Shown piece after piece: positions 1 to 9,647 of a stretch of 64,000 nt of DNA. Within the stretch, counting starts at the first letter, position 1. Every line of letters begins with the position of its first letter. Position numbers and translations under genes: made by a program. The notes below the pieces were generated by a model. That model was not told the DNA's origin. It ran no database searches and saw nothing but the letters and a program-made list of their open reading frames with translations. The DNA comes from Kiritimatiellia bacterium (lineage in GTDB: Bacteria > Verrucomicrobiota > Kiritimatiellia > JAAZAB01). The stretch lies in NCBI GenBank assembly GCA_028718125.1, contig JAQUMN010000016.1:12041-76040 (forward strand), written 5' to 3'.

Positions 1-857
1 GCGTCATGTGCCCGCACGAAAAAATGCAGCGTCCCCAGGGGATCATGCCGTGGGAAACGTTCACGAAAATCATAGACGATTGCAAAACCTTTGAAGGGCG
101 CGGGCTGGTGCTGATTCTTCACAAGGATGGCGAGCCGCTGCTGGACCCGCTCCTGTGCCGGCGGATCGGGCACATTCGCGCCACCCTCAAAAAAAGCAAG
201 ATCATGTTCAGTTCGAACGGGGCCGCGCTTACCGAAAAAATAGCCGACGAGCTTCTGCGGTGCCCGCCGGACCAGATCGGCTTCAGCGTGGACGGCGCTT
301 CAGCCGCAACTTATGAAAGCATTCGGACCGGATTGCGCTATGCCACGGTGGTAGAGAACATCCACGCGTTCCTTGCCAAGCGCAAGGCATCCGGCGCCAA
401 GGTGCGGGTGGTCATCCAGATGGTCACGAACCTGACCAATCAACCGGAACACGACGAATATCTCCGGATCTGGGGCCCGGAAGCGGATGAAATCGTATTT
501 AAAGACATGCACAATTTTCTCGTGCAGGGCACATCCGTACGTGGCGCCGGGTTATACCGTGAGCAGAAATACAGGTGCATCCAGCCATTCACCCGGTCCG
601 TGATTTACTGGAACGGGGATCTTGCCCTTTGCTGCTGGGATTGCGATCACGCGTATGCGCTGGGCAACGTGATGGACAAGGACCTGGTCACCCTGTTCAA
701 CCAGCCGGCGTTCGACCCGGTGCGCAGGGCCATGGCTAGGAAGGAATGCAAGGGCATTACGCTCTGCAATGTATGCACGCAGATTTACGGAGAGGATAAT
801 CCCCTTGGCGTGCGCCGGCGCCCGGCGGACGCGCCCGAGACCGATCCCGCCCGGTGA
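1..857 (+). CDS. radical SAM / SPASM-domain protein (5' end cut by window edge)
   Basis: ORF 6..857 is in frame from window start. Cys-rich C-terminal SPASM/twitch-like region (LALCCWDCDH ... ITLCNVC). The CxxxCxxC cluster is presumably upstream of the window. Confidence 0.6.
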   Translation, partial: VMCPHEKMQRPQGIMPWETFTKIIDDCKTFEGRGLVLILHKDGEPLLDPLLCRRIGHIRATLKKSKIMFSSNGAALTEKIADELLRCPPDQIGFSVDGASAATYESIRTGLRYATVVENIHAFLAKRKASGAKVRVVIQMVTNLTNQPEHDEYLRIWGPEADEIVFKDMHNFLVQGTSVRGAGLYREQKYRCIQPFTRSVIYWNGDLALCCWDCDHAYALGNVMDKDLVTLFNQPAFDPVRRAMARKECKGITLCNVCTQIYGEDNPLGVRRRPADAPETDPAR

Positions 858-890
858 CGGGTTGTTCCGCCTATTATTCGAAAGCGCCGT

Positions 891-1934
891 ATGCCGAGTC
901 TCCGTCAGTTCAAACATAAATTGGCATCAGGCCTCGCCTGGCTGCCCGTTTCCCTGTCCCGGCGGCTGAACTGCCGGCGGCCGATGATCGCGGTGTATCA
1001 CGTTGTCAGCGATCACCCCCATCCGCATTACCGGCATATCCTGGAATGTAAGAGCGCCGAGGACTTTGCCAAGGACATGGATTTCCTCCTGCGCCACTAT
1101 GCGCCGCTGGATCTTAAGCAGCTTATCGATGCGGTCAGGAACGGCCGGCCGATGAGCAACCGGACATTTCATGTTACCTTTGACGACGGGCTGCGCGACA
1201 CATGGATCAATGCCGGGCCGATTCTCAGGCAGAAAGGGATCCCGGCCACGTTTTTCCTGAACACGGCGTTCATCGACAACCGCGCCATGGGCTACCGGCA
1301 CAAGACAAGCCTGCTGATCGAGCGGCTGGCCAGGGAGCCGGCCGGGGAATTGAGGGGACAGATTGAGTGCATCCTGGGCGGCGCCGGGATTCCCGGCCGG
1401 ACGGAAGAAGAGCGCATCTTCAGGGTACGGTACCGCCAGGCGGGATTACTGGACAACATCGCGCGGGTTCTGCAGGTGGACTTTGCGGAGTACCTGGCCG
1501 GGCAGCAGCCGTACATGACCGGCGGCGACATTGAAGACCTGATCAAGCAGGGGTTTACCATTGGCGCCCACAGCATTGACCACCCATACTATGCGGATCT
1601 AACCCCAGACGAGCAGTTGCGGCAGACCCGTGAAAGCGTTGAATACCTGGTCGGACGTTTTGCGCTGCCGTACCGCGCGTTTGCGTTTCCTTATGCGGAC
1701 ATCGGGGTTTCCCCGGTTCTTTTTGACATTGCCCGCAAGACTGGTATGCTCGATATTAGCTTCGGCACATGCGGCGTGAGGGAGGACGCCTGCCGCATGA
1801 ATCTGCAGCGAACCATGATGGATGGATACGGCCTGTCGGCCAGGCAGCGCATCGTCAATGCATACCTCGGATACTCACTGCGGGCCCTGGTTGGCCGCGG
1901 CAGGATCAACAGGAACGATACTCATGCGCGGTGA
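891..1934 (+). CDS. polysaccharide deacetylase (NodB-homology / ArnD-PgaB-like) family protein
   Basis: Motifs HVTFDDGLRDT, ATFFLNTAF, IGAHSIDHP are typical of the carbohydrate esterase 4 / NodB fold. ATG at 891. Confidence 0.7.
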   Translation: MPSLRQFKHKLASGLAWLPVSLSRRLNCRRPMIAVYHVVSDHPHPHYRHILECKSAEDFAKDMDFLLRHYAPLDLKQLIDAVRNGRPMSNRTFHVTFDDGLRDTWINAGPILRQKGIPATFFLNTAFIDNRAMGYRHKTSLLIERLAREPAGELRGQIECILGGAGIPGRTEEERIFRVRYRQAGLLDNIARVLQVDFAEYLAGQQPYMTGGDIEDLIKQGFTIGAHSIDHPYYADLTPDEQLRQTRESVEYLVGRFALPYRAFAFPYADIGVSPVLFDIARKTGMLDISFGTCGVREDACRMNLQRTMMDGYGLSARQRIVNAYLGYSLRALVGRGRINRNDTHAR

Positions 1935-2715
1935 GGAAACACGTGCTGCGGAATACTGGGACATGGAAGCCAGGCGCTATGAACAGCTGGCATCGGCGGA
2001 AAACGCCCGCCGGATTTACCCCATGCACGAATTCCGCAACAAGTATGTCCTTGAGTTGCTTGGCGACAAGCCCTGCCGCCATCTCGAGATAGGGTGCGGG
2101 CCCGGCCGGGCGATCCTCGGGCTCATGCAACAGGGATGGCGCGAGGTGTCCGGAGTGGACATATCGCCCGGGATGATCGAGCTGGCTAAGCGCACCATAG
2201 CCGGCGCGGGTTATGATCCGGCGCAGGCGGACCTTAAAACCGCCGGCATCGAGGCGCTGCCCTTCAAGGACGGCACGTTCGATTCCGTTGCCTGCGTGGG
2301 CGTGATCGAGTATATCCGGGACGAGGATTCGGCCCTGAGGGAAATCGCCCGGGTCATGAAGCCCGGCGGCAACCTGGTGATAACCGTGCGCAACAGGATG
2401 TGCCTATACCGGCCGTCTGATCTGGTGGCGCCCCTGCTTCACCGGGTGCAAGGCGGCGAACACGGCGCGTGGTTCCGGACGCATATTCCCTGGAAGTTCT
2501 CCGGGAAACTGGCGCAGCACGGCCTGGTGAAAAAGGCGCACGCCTACTATCATTTTTACGTTGTGCCGGCCCCGTTCGACCGGTATCTGCACGGGCGCTG
2601 GCTGGCGCCGGCCATCGCCATGGAACGGCTGTCCGCATGCGGGATTTCAGCCCTGCTGGCGTCCGGGCTCATCGTAAAGGCGCAAAAAAATCGCAATCCG
2701 GAAAAAGGAGATTAG
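1924..2715 (+). CDS. class I SAM-dependent methyltransferase
   Basis: SAM-binding motif LEIGCGPGRAI plus VMKPGGNLVI. First in-frame ATG at 1924 overlaps the deacetylase stop by 11 nt. Confidence 0.7.
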   Translation: MRGEETRAAEYWDMEARRYEQLASAENARRIYPMHEFRNKYVLELLGDKPCRHLEIGCGPGRAILGLMQQGWREVSGVDISPGMIELAKRTIAGAGYDPAQADLKTAGIEALPFKDGTFDSVACVGVIEYIRDEDSALREIARVMKPGGNLVITVRNRMCLYRPSDLVAPLLHRVQGGEHGAWFRTHIPWKFSGKLAQHGLVKKAHAYYHFYVVPAPFDRYLHGRWLAPAIAMERLSACGISALLASGLIVKAQKNRNPEKGD

Positions 2716-2717
2716 CC

Positions 2718-4796
2718 ATGACAAGGACTATGACAAAGCGGATGGGTGTCGTGAACCAGATGGCCCTGGCAGCCATCGTATTGTGGGCGATCGGTTTGTC
2801 CGGCGCGGGCTGGGCGCAAAAGGAGGGCGATGCTTCCGCGCCCAATGCCAAACAGCAGGTGCTGGCCAAACAACGCGAATTCAAACAGGTTGCCGCGGCC
2901 AATCCGGATTCGCCCGAACTTGCCGCCGCGATGCGCGACTATGAAACCGCGGTCACGGCCCTCGAAGACGGACGACCGGAGGAGGCGTTGCACATTTTGA
3001 ACGGGGCCATTGCCAGGCTGTCGCCGGGTGCTGCCCAAAAAAGTTCCGCGGCAGGCGATAAGTCATCGAAATCGGGTGATGAGACATCAAAACCAAGTGG
3101 TGAACAATCAAAGTCCGGCAGCGAGCCATCGAAGGCCGGCAGTAAATCGAGCGGCCGCGCGGACAAGGCCACGTGGGAAACCAGCCTGCGCCAGTTCAAG
3201 CGTCTGCACACGGCCAAGGTGGAGCAGGGCCAGGACGCTTCCGCCGCCATGAACAAATATGGCGAAGCGGAGCAAATGGGGCAGCAAGGCGATTGGGTTG
3301 GGGCGCAAAGCAAGATCAATGAAGCCATTGCGCTGTTGCAGGCGGATGGTTCCGCCCCGGCCGGAAAGAGCGCGGCTGGCGCAAAAAGGCCGTCGGGCGC
3401 GAGCATCGGCCCGCAGGTGGCGAGCGTCGTGAGCAGCGCGGTAATTGCCGGGGGCCCTTACCCGAACTCGCCTTTCGGCATGCATCCCGCCCGGAGCGAG
3501 GACACGGCGGATCCTTATGCGTTTGCCTTGGATATCGGCGTGCGTTTCGACCGGCTGCGTTCCTATTTCATGTGGGGCGAGATCCAGCAGGATATTAATC
3601 AAAGGGTCTATGTCTGGGATGCGCCGCTCAAGGGCTCTATCGGCTATGATACGTTGATGCTCTCGGTGCCGCAGGGCATGTGCGTCGTGGCCAACATCAG
3701 CGGGGCGCCCTATTATAACGGGGATTCCTTTACGCCGGTGGATACCGAGGCCTATACGGCCTTCGTGCGCGCCGTGGTGGAACGGTATGACGGCGATGGC
3801 GTCCAGGACATGCCGGGGTTGAAAGCGCCCATCAAATACTGGCAGGTGGAGAACGAGCCGCTGCCCGGCCAGGCGGACTATGCCGACCTGCTGCGCATCA
3901 CGGCGACGGCCATCAAGGCCGCCGACCCGGCCGCGACCGTGCTGGCGGCGGGCATCGTCCCCATGATGGATTCGCGGGGACGCTTCAGCCCGGACGCCTT
4001 GCGCATTTACAAAAAAAATATGATCGAAAAAATGTCCACAGCCGCGGTCGATGTTTTCGATATCCATTACTACGGCAACGCCGTGGGCGATTATCGGAAA
4101 TTCAAGGACCTGTATGACTATTACCGGCAGGCCCTGGACCAGCAGGGGCTGTCGAGCGTTAAGATCTGGGTCACCGAGATGGGCACCTACAGCGGGGCGC
4201 CGCAGGGCAAGGAAACCGAAAAGGTGATGCATGTGCCGGCCGGGGCATCCACCTACCAGTCCGAGGCGCTGCAGGCGGCCGACGTGCTGAAACGCTATGT
4301 CTTTACGCTTTCCCTCGGGGTCAAGAAGGTTTTCCTGGCCTTCGGTCTGAAGGAAGGATTTGAGAATAACGGTAATTTCTTCGACATGACCGGACTGGTT
4401 TTCGACGGACGTTTTGCCAACGACCGCGGCAACAACGTTCCGAAAATCGCATACTATACCTACAAGATGATGGCCGAAAAACTTGCCGACTACGATATGA
4501 GTCAGATCGAGAGCATTGCCGTTGCCCGGAAAAACGTATCGGTCTACAAAATCAGCAAAGCCAATTCATCGGAATATCTCTACGTGGCGTGGTGGGACTG
4601 GTTTAACGAGCCGCAAGGTCTTCAAGGCGTCGCCTGCCGCGTGGAATTGCCCTTTGCCGGCCGCACGGCGGCGGCCATCACGCAGGCCGTGACGGGTCTT
4701 CAGGGCCAGCGCACGACGGAGCGCATCCCGGTGCAGGACAATAAGATTCCGATCCAGCTGGGCCAAAGCCCGGTTTTCGTGGAACGCAGCAACTGA
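2718..4796 (+). CDS. secreted glycoside hydrolase, clan GH-A (GH5/GH39-like), with Ser/Lys-rich linker
   Basis: RBS AAAGGAG before ATG 2718. N-terminal signal peptide (MTRTMTKRMGVVNQMALAAIVLWAIGLSGAGWA). Low-complexity S/K/G-rich linker. Catalytic acid/base-like WQVENEP and nucleophile-like IWVTEMG about 125 aa apart, as in clan GH-A. Confidence 0.55.
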   Translation: MTRTMTKRMGVVNQMALAAIVLWAIGLSGAGWAQKEGDASAPNAKQQVLAKQREFKQVAAANPDSPELAAAMRDYETAVTALEDGRPEEALHILNGAIARLSPGAAQKSSAAGDKSSKSGDETSKPSGEQSKSGSEPSKAGSKSSGRADKATWETSLRQFKRLHTAKVEQGQDASAAMNKYGEAEQMGQQGDWVGAQSKINEAIALLQADGSAPAGKSAAGAKRPSGASIGPQVASVVSSAVIAGGPYPNSPFGMHPARSEDTADPYAFALDIGVRFDRLRSYFMWGEIQQDINQRVYVWDAPLKGSIGYDTLMLSVPQGMCVVANISGAPYYNGDSFTPVDTEAYTAFVRAVVERYDGDGVQDMPGLKAPIKYWQVENEPLPGQADYADLLRITATAIKAADPAATVLAAGIVPMMDSRGRFSPDALRIYKKNMIEKMSTAAVDVFDIHYYGNAVGDYRKFKDLYDYYRQALDQQGLSSVKIWVTEMGTYSGAPQGKETEKVMHVPAGASTYQSEALQAADVLKRYVFTLSLGVKKVFLAFGLKEGFENNGNFFDMTGLVFDGRFANDRGNNVPKIAYYTYKMMAEKLADYDMSQIESIAVARKNVSVYKISKANSSEYLYVAWWDWFNEPQGLQGVACRVELPFAGRTAAAITQAVTGLQGQRTTERIPVQDNKIPIQLGQSPVFVERSN

Positions 4797-4850
4797 TAAC
4801 AGTCGGCTGTTCAACCGGCGCCGTTCGTGGCGGCCCACGCCGGGCATGGC

Positions 4851-6410
4851 ATGCTTAGCGGCCGAGGGGAAGACGTGAATCACAGCAGACAGCTATCGGT
4901 GACGCTGAAGGTGCTGGCCGGCGTAGTGGCGGGCGCCGGTGCCGGCCTGGCCGCGGCGATATTTCCGTGGCAATTGCTTTTGGTCATCCTGCCTTTGGCT
5001 GTGTTCGTTTTATGGGGGCTGATTGATTCCCGCATGGCCGTTTGCGTGGTCCTGAGCACGGCGTTCTTTGTCCAGGCGGAATGCGTTGCGCGGACCAATC
5101 ACCTGGCGGTCACGATCGGCCTCTTCCCCGATGCGCTGACCGTTCAACTGCCCTATATTTACTTCTCGGTCACCGCCCTGTATGTGTTCTGGTACGGGCT
5201 GGGGGCGCTGGCCGCGCGCCGACTGCGCTGGAGCGGCAACAGCTATCTGCCGCCCTTGCTGGGGCTATTGGCTTATTCCCTGGTCACGCTTTGCTGGACG
5301 CGCAACGGGAACTGGTCGTTCGTGTGGCAGGTTTACTTTACGGCCCATCTCCTGTCCTTCTGTCTCGTCTACGGATTACTCGACCGGTATACAAAAATCA
5401 GGCAGGTCATGCGGTGGATGGTTGTCGTCGGGACGGTCAATGCCGTTATCACGGTGATCTTTCTCTTCCTGGAACCGGTGTCGCTTAAGTTCGAGCTGGC
5501 CGACCATGCCACGCTCAGCCTGCTGACGGGCGGCGGGGGCTTGAATGCCGTTGTGCGCCATTCGACGGGCACATTCGGCCGCCGAACCTTGCTCGTTGAT
5601 TTTCACCTGAGTCCGACCATCGCGAATATTCTCCTGGCCATATGCGTCGGCTTGCTCGTCAGCCGGCGGCAGAACCGGGTTAGTTACGGGGTGCTGGCGT
5701 GCATGGCGCTGCTGTTTCTCTACCAGAGCACAACCGGCGACGCCCGCGCGCCGTTCGTCGGCCTGGTCATGATGGTCGGCTACCTGCTGCTGACGGTCCC
5801 GCAACTGCGCAACCGGATGGTCCTATATGGCAGCGTTGTCGTGATATGCACGGCGGTGTTTGTGGGGACGGATATCCACTTGCGCCGGCTCATATCGAAT
5901 GAGCCGGAGTATTCGCGGGTCCTGTCGCTGATTCCCGTGGTGGGCGGGGAACTGGCCGGCGGACGGGGCGAGTGGACGGTGGACGCGAGCGGCTCGGTGC
6001 AGTCGGCGGCCCGGAGCGGACTTTTTGCGCAGGGGTTCAAGCATTTTCTGGTGTCCGACGCCCTGGGGGGCGGGACGGAAAATGCCCGGTTGCCGGCGCC
6101 GCAAGGGGAAGGCTTGTACGTGCATAATCTGTGGCTGTCGCTGCTGCAGGATTTTGGACTGCCGGGGATGGCGTGCGTCATCTGGTTTGGCCTTGTTTTT
6201 TTCAAGAGTTACCTGGGGCTCGTGCGTGCGCCCGACAGCGAACGCCGGATACTCGGCCTGGCGGCGACGGGCGGGGTGGTGGCCATCCTGGTAACAAGCC
6301 TCGCCGATTTCGTGTATGATGATCCTTTTTTGTGGCCGACCCTGGGCTTGATCGCCGCCGCCATGGATCGGGCGAGGACGGAAGAGAGCCCCGCCAATCC
6401 GGCGGAGTGA
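4851..6410 (+). CDS. O-antigen ligase / polymerase-like (Wzy_C family) polytopic membrane protein
   Basis: About 10 predicted TM helices. A periplasmic loop carries a His motif (VHNLWLSLLQDFGLPG) as in the WaaL/Wzy_C family. Start is uncertain (GTG 4827 or ATG 4851). Confidence 0.5.
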   Translation: MLSGRGEDVNHSRQLSVTLKVLAGVVAGAGAGLAAAIFPWQLLLVILPLAVFVLWGLIDSRMAVCVVLSTAFFVQAECVARTNHLAVTIGLFPDALTVQLPYIYFSVTALYVFWYGLGALAARRLRWSGNSYLPPLLGLLAYSLVTLCWTRNGNWSFVWQVYFTAHLLSFCLVYGLLDRYTKIRQVMRWMVVVGTVNAVITVIFLFLEPVSLKFELADHATLSLLTGGGGLNAVVRHSTGTFGRRTLLVDFHLSPTIANILLAICVGLLVSRRQNRVSYGVLACMALLFLYQSTTGDARAPFVGLVMMVGYLLLTVPQLRNRMVLYGSVVVICTAVFVGTDIHLRRLISNEPEYSRVLSLIPVVGGELAGGRGEWTVDASGSVQSAARSGLFAQGFKHFLVSDALGGGTENARLPAPQGEGLYVHNLWLSLLQDFGLPGMACVIWFGLVFFKSYLGLVRAPDSERRILGLAATGGVVAILVTSLADFVYDDPFLWPTLGLIAAAMDRARTEESPANPAE

Positions 6411-6429
6411 CTTACGGCAGCGCGATACG

Positions 6430-7878
6430 ATGAATATGAATGAACCAGTAACAGACGCCCCGGCATTGCGCGGTGAAGGATGCGCGGGTCATGGGGCGCG
6501 GTGGCTGAAGAAAATGGGCAATCCCCATTTCGTTTTCGGGATCGCGCTCCTCGTGCATGTCGGCTGTGTGCTTGCGATGCAGCATTATCGGCATCCGGTT
6601 TGGATGGAGAGCGGGGCCATTGCCAGCTTCATGTACGAAGGCAAAGGCTTTTCCATCCTGCCGAAGTCGGAACAGCGCCTGTATTCGGAGGAGGCCAAGA
6701 GCCGGGCCATCGAGCGCGTCCAAAAAGGCGGGACCATTCCCTTTTCGGAATTGCACCCCACGAGCCTGCATTCACCCGGCTATCCCTATGTGCTTTATGC
6801 GGTCTGGAAAGTATTGGGCCGCAATCCAACCGCCTTCCTGGTCATTTCCCTGTTGCAGGCGCTGCTGATCAGCTCGCTCGTGTTCCCGTTGCGTTGGTTG
6901 ACGGCGCGATGGTTTGGCGACCGGGCGGCTGCCTGGGCCATGTGGATCGCGGCCCTGATGCCGCTTTACGCCTATTATGCCACGCGCTTGTTGCCCGTGG
7001 CGGTGTTCATCTCGCTGCATCCGTGGCTATGGATGGCGTGGCTGAGGTTGCGCGATAAAAATACCATAACCAGGGCCGCGGGCGTGGGCGCCGTGACCGG
7101 ACTGGCCAGCCTGTTCCAGCCGCTCCTGCTCGCCATTTTCGGATTGCTGGGGGCCGGCTGGTTGGTAGGCGCACTTCGGCGTAAAGACCTGCGCCAGGCC
7201 GGTCTGTTGATCGGCTGTGCCATGCTGGCCGTGGCCGTCCTGGCGCCATGGACGGTGCGCAATTTCCGGATCCACGGCGAACTCGTTCTTGTCCGGTGCG
7301 GATCGGGTCCCTTTTGGATTGGCAACAATCCCCATGCCACCGGGGCCGCGGTCATTGCCGGCGGCGCCGAGGATATCTACCTGGCCTATCCGCCGGCGTG
7401 CATCACGCAGGGCACGGAGCTCACGGAGATTCAATATCACCGCGCCCTGCGGAAGGAAGCGCTCGATTATATTTTCCGGGAGCCGGGGGCTTTTATGAAT
7501 CGGACGCTGCGGAAGATCAGCTGGTTCTGGACTTGGGTGCCCGATAAGTACCTGGTGAATAGACCGGGCGAAACGGCCGGCGTGCAGTTCCGCTGGCTCA
7601 GCATCGGGTCCTGGCTGGCGTTGCTCGTCCTGGCGACGCTGGCGCGGTGGCGCAGGCGTTGGCCCGCGGAGTACCTGATCATGCTCGGCCTTTACGTTGT
7701 CGTCTATTCCGTCACCTACGGCCTGCTGCATGTCGGCCAAGCGCGATTCCGGGGCGAAATTGAGTTTATCCTGATCCCGGCGGCGGCGGCCGGGATCAGC
7801 CTGATATGGAGTTGGATGGCCCATGAGTCTGGATTGCGTCGAGAACAGTCTCGCGAGAGCTCGACCCTCCATGAATGA
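6430..7878 (+). CDS. GT-C fold glycosyltransferase-like membrane protein (ArnT/PMT family-like)
   Basis: Polytopic. An acidic first extracytoplasmic loop, hydrophobic core and periplasmic C-domain resemble GT39/GT83 topology. Confidence 0.4.
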   Translation: MNMNEPVTDAPALRGEGCAGHGARWLKKMGNPHFVFGIALLVHVGCVLAMQHYRHPVWMESGAIASFMYEGKGFSILPKSEQRLYSEEAKSRAIERVQKGGTIPFSELHPTSLHSPGYPYVLYAVWKVLGRNPTAFLVISLLQALLISSLVFPLRWLTARWFGDRAAAWAMWIAALMPLYAYYATRLLPVAVFISLHPWLWMAWLRLRDKNTITRAAGVGAVTGLASLFQPLLLAIFGLLGAGWLVGALRRKDLRQAGLLIGCAMLAVAVLAPWTVRNFRIHGELVLVRCGSGPFWIGNNPHATGAAVIAGGAEDIYLAYPPACITQGTELTEIQYHRALRKEALDYIFREPGAFMNRTLRKISWFWTWVPDKYLVNRPGETAGVQFRWLSIGSWLALLVLATLARWRRRWPAEYLIMLGLYVVVYSVTYGLLHVGQARFRGEIEFILIPAAAAGISLIWSWMAHESGLRREQSRESSTLHE

Positions 7879-7985
7879 TAATTTTTTCGCGATATTGGAG
7901 GGCGGAGCTCCGGCGACGCCGTTGGTTTCAGCATGAATGACGCAGCCGTGGTCCGTATGTGACGTGGACAGGAAAGGGCATTGAC

Positions 7986-9647
7986 ATGAGACGCATCGGA
8001 GCATATGTGGCTAACTGGTTCGCGATGGCGTACCGGGAACAAACGCCGACGTCGCCCGGCGCCGCAAGTTACGGACTGGTTCCCCGCCGGTGGTTTTTGT
8101 TCTTGCTGATCTGCTACTGCCTGGCGGGGATCGCGCTGGCACCCGCTTTTCGCTACGCGCTCGACACGGATGGCATCGCCTATATTTCCGAAGCGCTCAA
8201 ATTCGCCGACGGGGACTGGTTTGCCGCCGTCAACGGACACTGGTCGCCGCTGCTGCCGCTGGTCTTATCCCTGTTATTCCGGCTGGGCATCCCGGAAACG
8301 CTGGCGGTCAAGGTCGCCGGCCTGGGGATGGGCCTCCTGACCTTGATCGGCGTCTGGCGCCTGTCGGCGCGCTTCAAGCTTTCGGATGCTATCAGGAAAG
8401 CCGTGTTAATTACCCTGGGTATCATGATTCTCAACTATGCGCTGATCCGCCCGACCCCCGACCTGATGGCGGTCGGTCTGCTGGTGTTTTATCTGACGAT
8501 AGTCTTCGATCCCGGCTATGGTCAGCGGCGCTATGCCGGGATGGCCTGCGGGTTCCTGGGCGCCTGCGGCTATTTTGCCAAGGCTTATATCCTGCCGTTC
8601 TTCGTGCTTCATTTTTCGGTGATGAACCTGTTTTATTTTTGCGCTTGCCGCGGCTGGCCGCAAAGAAAAAAGATCATCGGGAAAACCGTGGCGGGCTTTG
8701 CGATGCTTGCCATCGTGACGCTGCCCTGGGTCGGCGCCTTGAGCGCCAAGTATCACGCGTTCAGCCTCAGCACGGCCGGGGCCTACAATTGGAGCATGCG
8801 GCATCCCGATTCGCCGGGCGAATTGGTGCCGGGCCTTGGATTTCTGCCGCCCGCGCACACGAACGATATCAGCGCCTGGGATGATCCGGCCCTGCTGCCC
8901 AAATTGCCCTGGAGCCCCTGGGACTCGCCTCAGAACATGCAGCACATGCTGCGCGTGATCATGTGGAACGGCGTAGTCATCACGCTGGCGCTCGTGAAAG
9001 GATCGGTGCTGGCTATCCCGATCGTGTTGCTGGGCTTCCTGGTGTTTGCCGTCCGCTGGCGGTCCTGGCGCGATTTGCCGCAATGGCTCCTGCCCCTGGT
9101 CACCGTGATCTTGTTTCCCAGCGGCTATGTCCTGCTCGATGTCAACGATCGGCTCCTCTGGATCATGAATGTCCTGATCCTGTTCCTGGGAGCGCAGCTG
9201 CTGGCCGGGATGCTGGAGCGCTGCGCCGACCGCCGGCTGACCCGGTTCTGGATCATCGTGTTTTGCCTGACCTTTGCCTGGTATCCCGTGACGCGCATCG
9301 GCCTGTGTTACAATAACGGCAAGGAGTTGCCGGTTTTGGCCGAGAAACTGCGCGTGGAGTATGGTGTCGGCGGCCGCCTCGCCTCCCACAACCGCTATCG
9401 CGAATCGCTATTCCTGGCTTATTTTATGAAGGCCCAATACTGCAACACGCCCCGCCACGATTGGAGCGAGGCGGAGATCGTAAAGCAGTTGCAAGCCCTG
9501 AACGTTGATTGCTATATCGTCTGGAACGATGGGCAGCCGCCGCCGCGGTTCCTGGAACCATACCGTGAAGTCACGCAAGGAGCCATCCCCGCCTTGCGCG
9601 TGTATGCGCTCCGCGCGGACGGGGCGCCCAAGGCTGATCCTCGATGA
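7986..9647 (+). CDS. polytopic membrane protein, possible GT-C-like glycosyltransferase
   Basis: More than 10 TM helices. D-x-D motif (ALDTDGIAYISEA) right after the first TM. ATG 7986 has a GGAAAGGG RBS; the six-frame ORF begins 7959. Confidence 0.35.
   Translation: MRRIGAYVANWFAMAYREQTPTSPGAASYGLVPRRWFLFLLICYCLAGIALAPAFRYALDTDGIAYISEALKFADGDWFAAVNGHWSPLLPLVLSLLFRLGIPETLAVKVAGLGMGLLTLIGVWRLSARFKLSDAIRKAVLITLGIMILNYALIRPTPDLMAVGLLVFYLTIVFDPGYGQRRYAGMACGFLGACGYFAKAYILPFFVLHFSVMNLFYFCACRGWPQRKKIIGKTVAGFAMLAIVTLPWVGALSAKYHAFSLSTAGAYNWSMRHPDSPGELVPGLGFLPPAHTNDISAWDDPALLPKLPWSPWDSPQNMQHMLRVIMWNGVVITLALVKGSVLAIPIVLLGFLVFAVRWRSWRDLPQWLLPLVTVILFPSGYVLLDVNDRLLWIMNVLILFLGAQLLAGMLERCADRRLTRFWIIVFCLTFAWYPVTRIGLCYNNGKELPVLAEKLRVEYGVGGRLASHNRYRESLFLAYFMKAQYCNTPRHDWSEAEIVKQLQALNVDCYIVWNDGQPPPRFLEPYREVTQGAIPALRVYALRADGAPKADPR

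Noticed and set aside
1-857. Considered the partial SPASM radical SAM as an anaerobic sulfatase-maturating enzyme partnered with the sulfatase-like gene at 24293
   Set aside because: The 24293 protein is a membrane LtaS/EptA-type transferase that does not need a formylglycine. The two genes are 23 kb apart. There is no SxPxR/CxPxR sulfatase signature to support the link.
3108-4232. Long antisense ORFs throughout the window (for example 3108-4232, 7027-8004, 8406-9389, 14192-15460, 15474-16445, 21638-23074, 33828-34835, 35866-36783, 41383-42822, 42287-44236, 47792-48787, 49766-51370, 59140-60351, 60493-61650)
   Set aside because: They have Arg/Pro/Gly/Ala-rich low-complexity translations typical of spurious reverse-frame ORFs in high-GC DNA. 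Each overlaps a sense-strand gene with clear catalytic motifs, and none has a domain signature.
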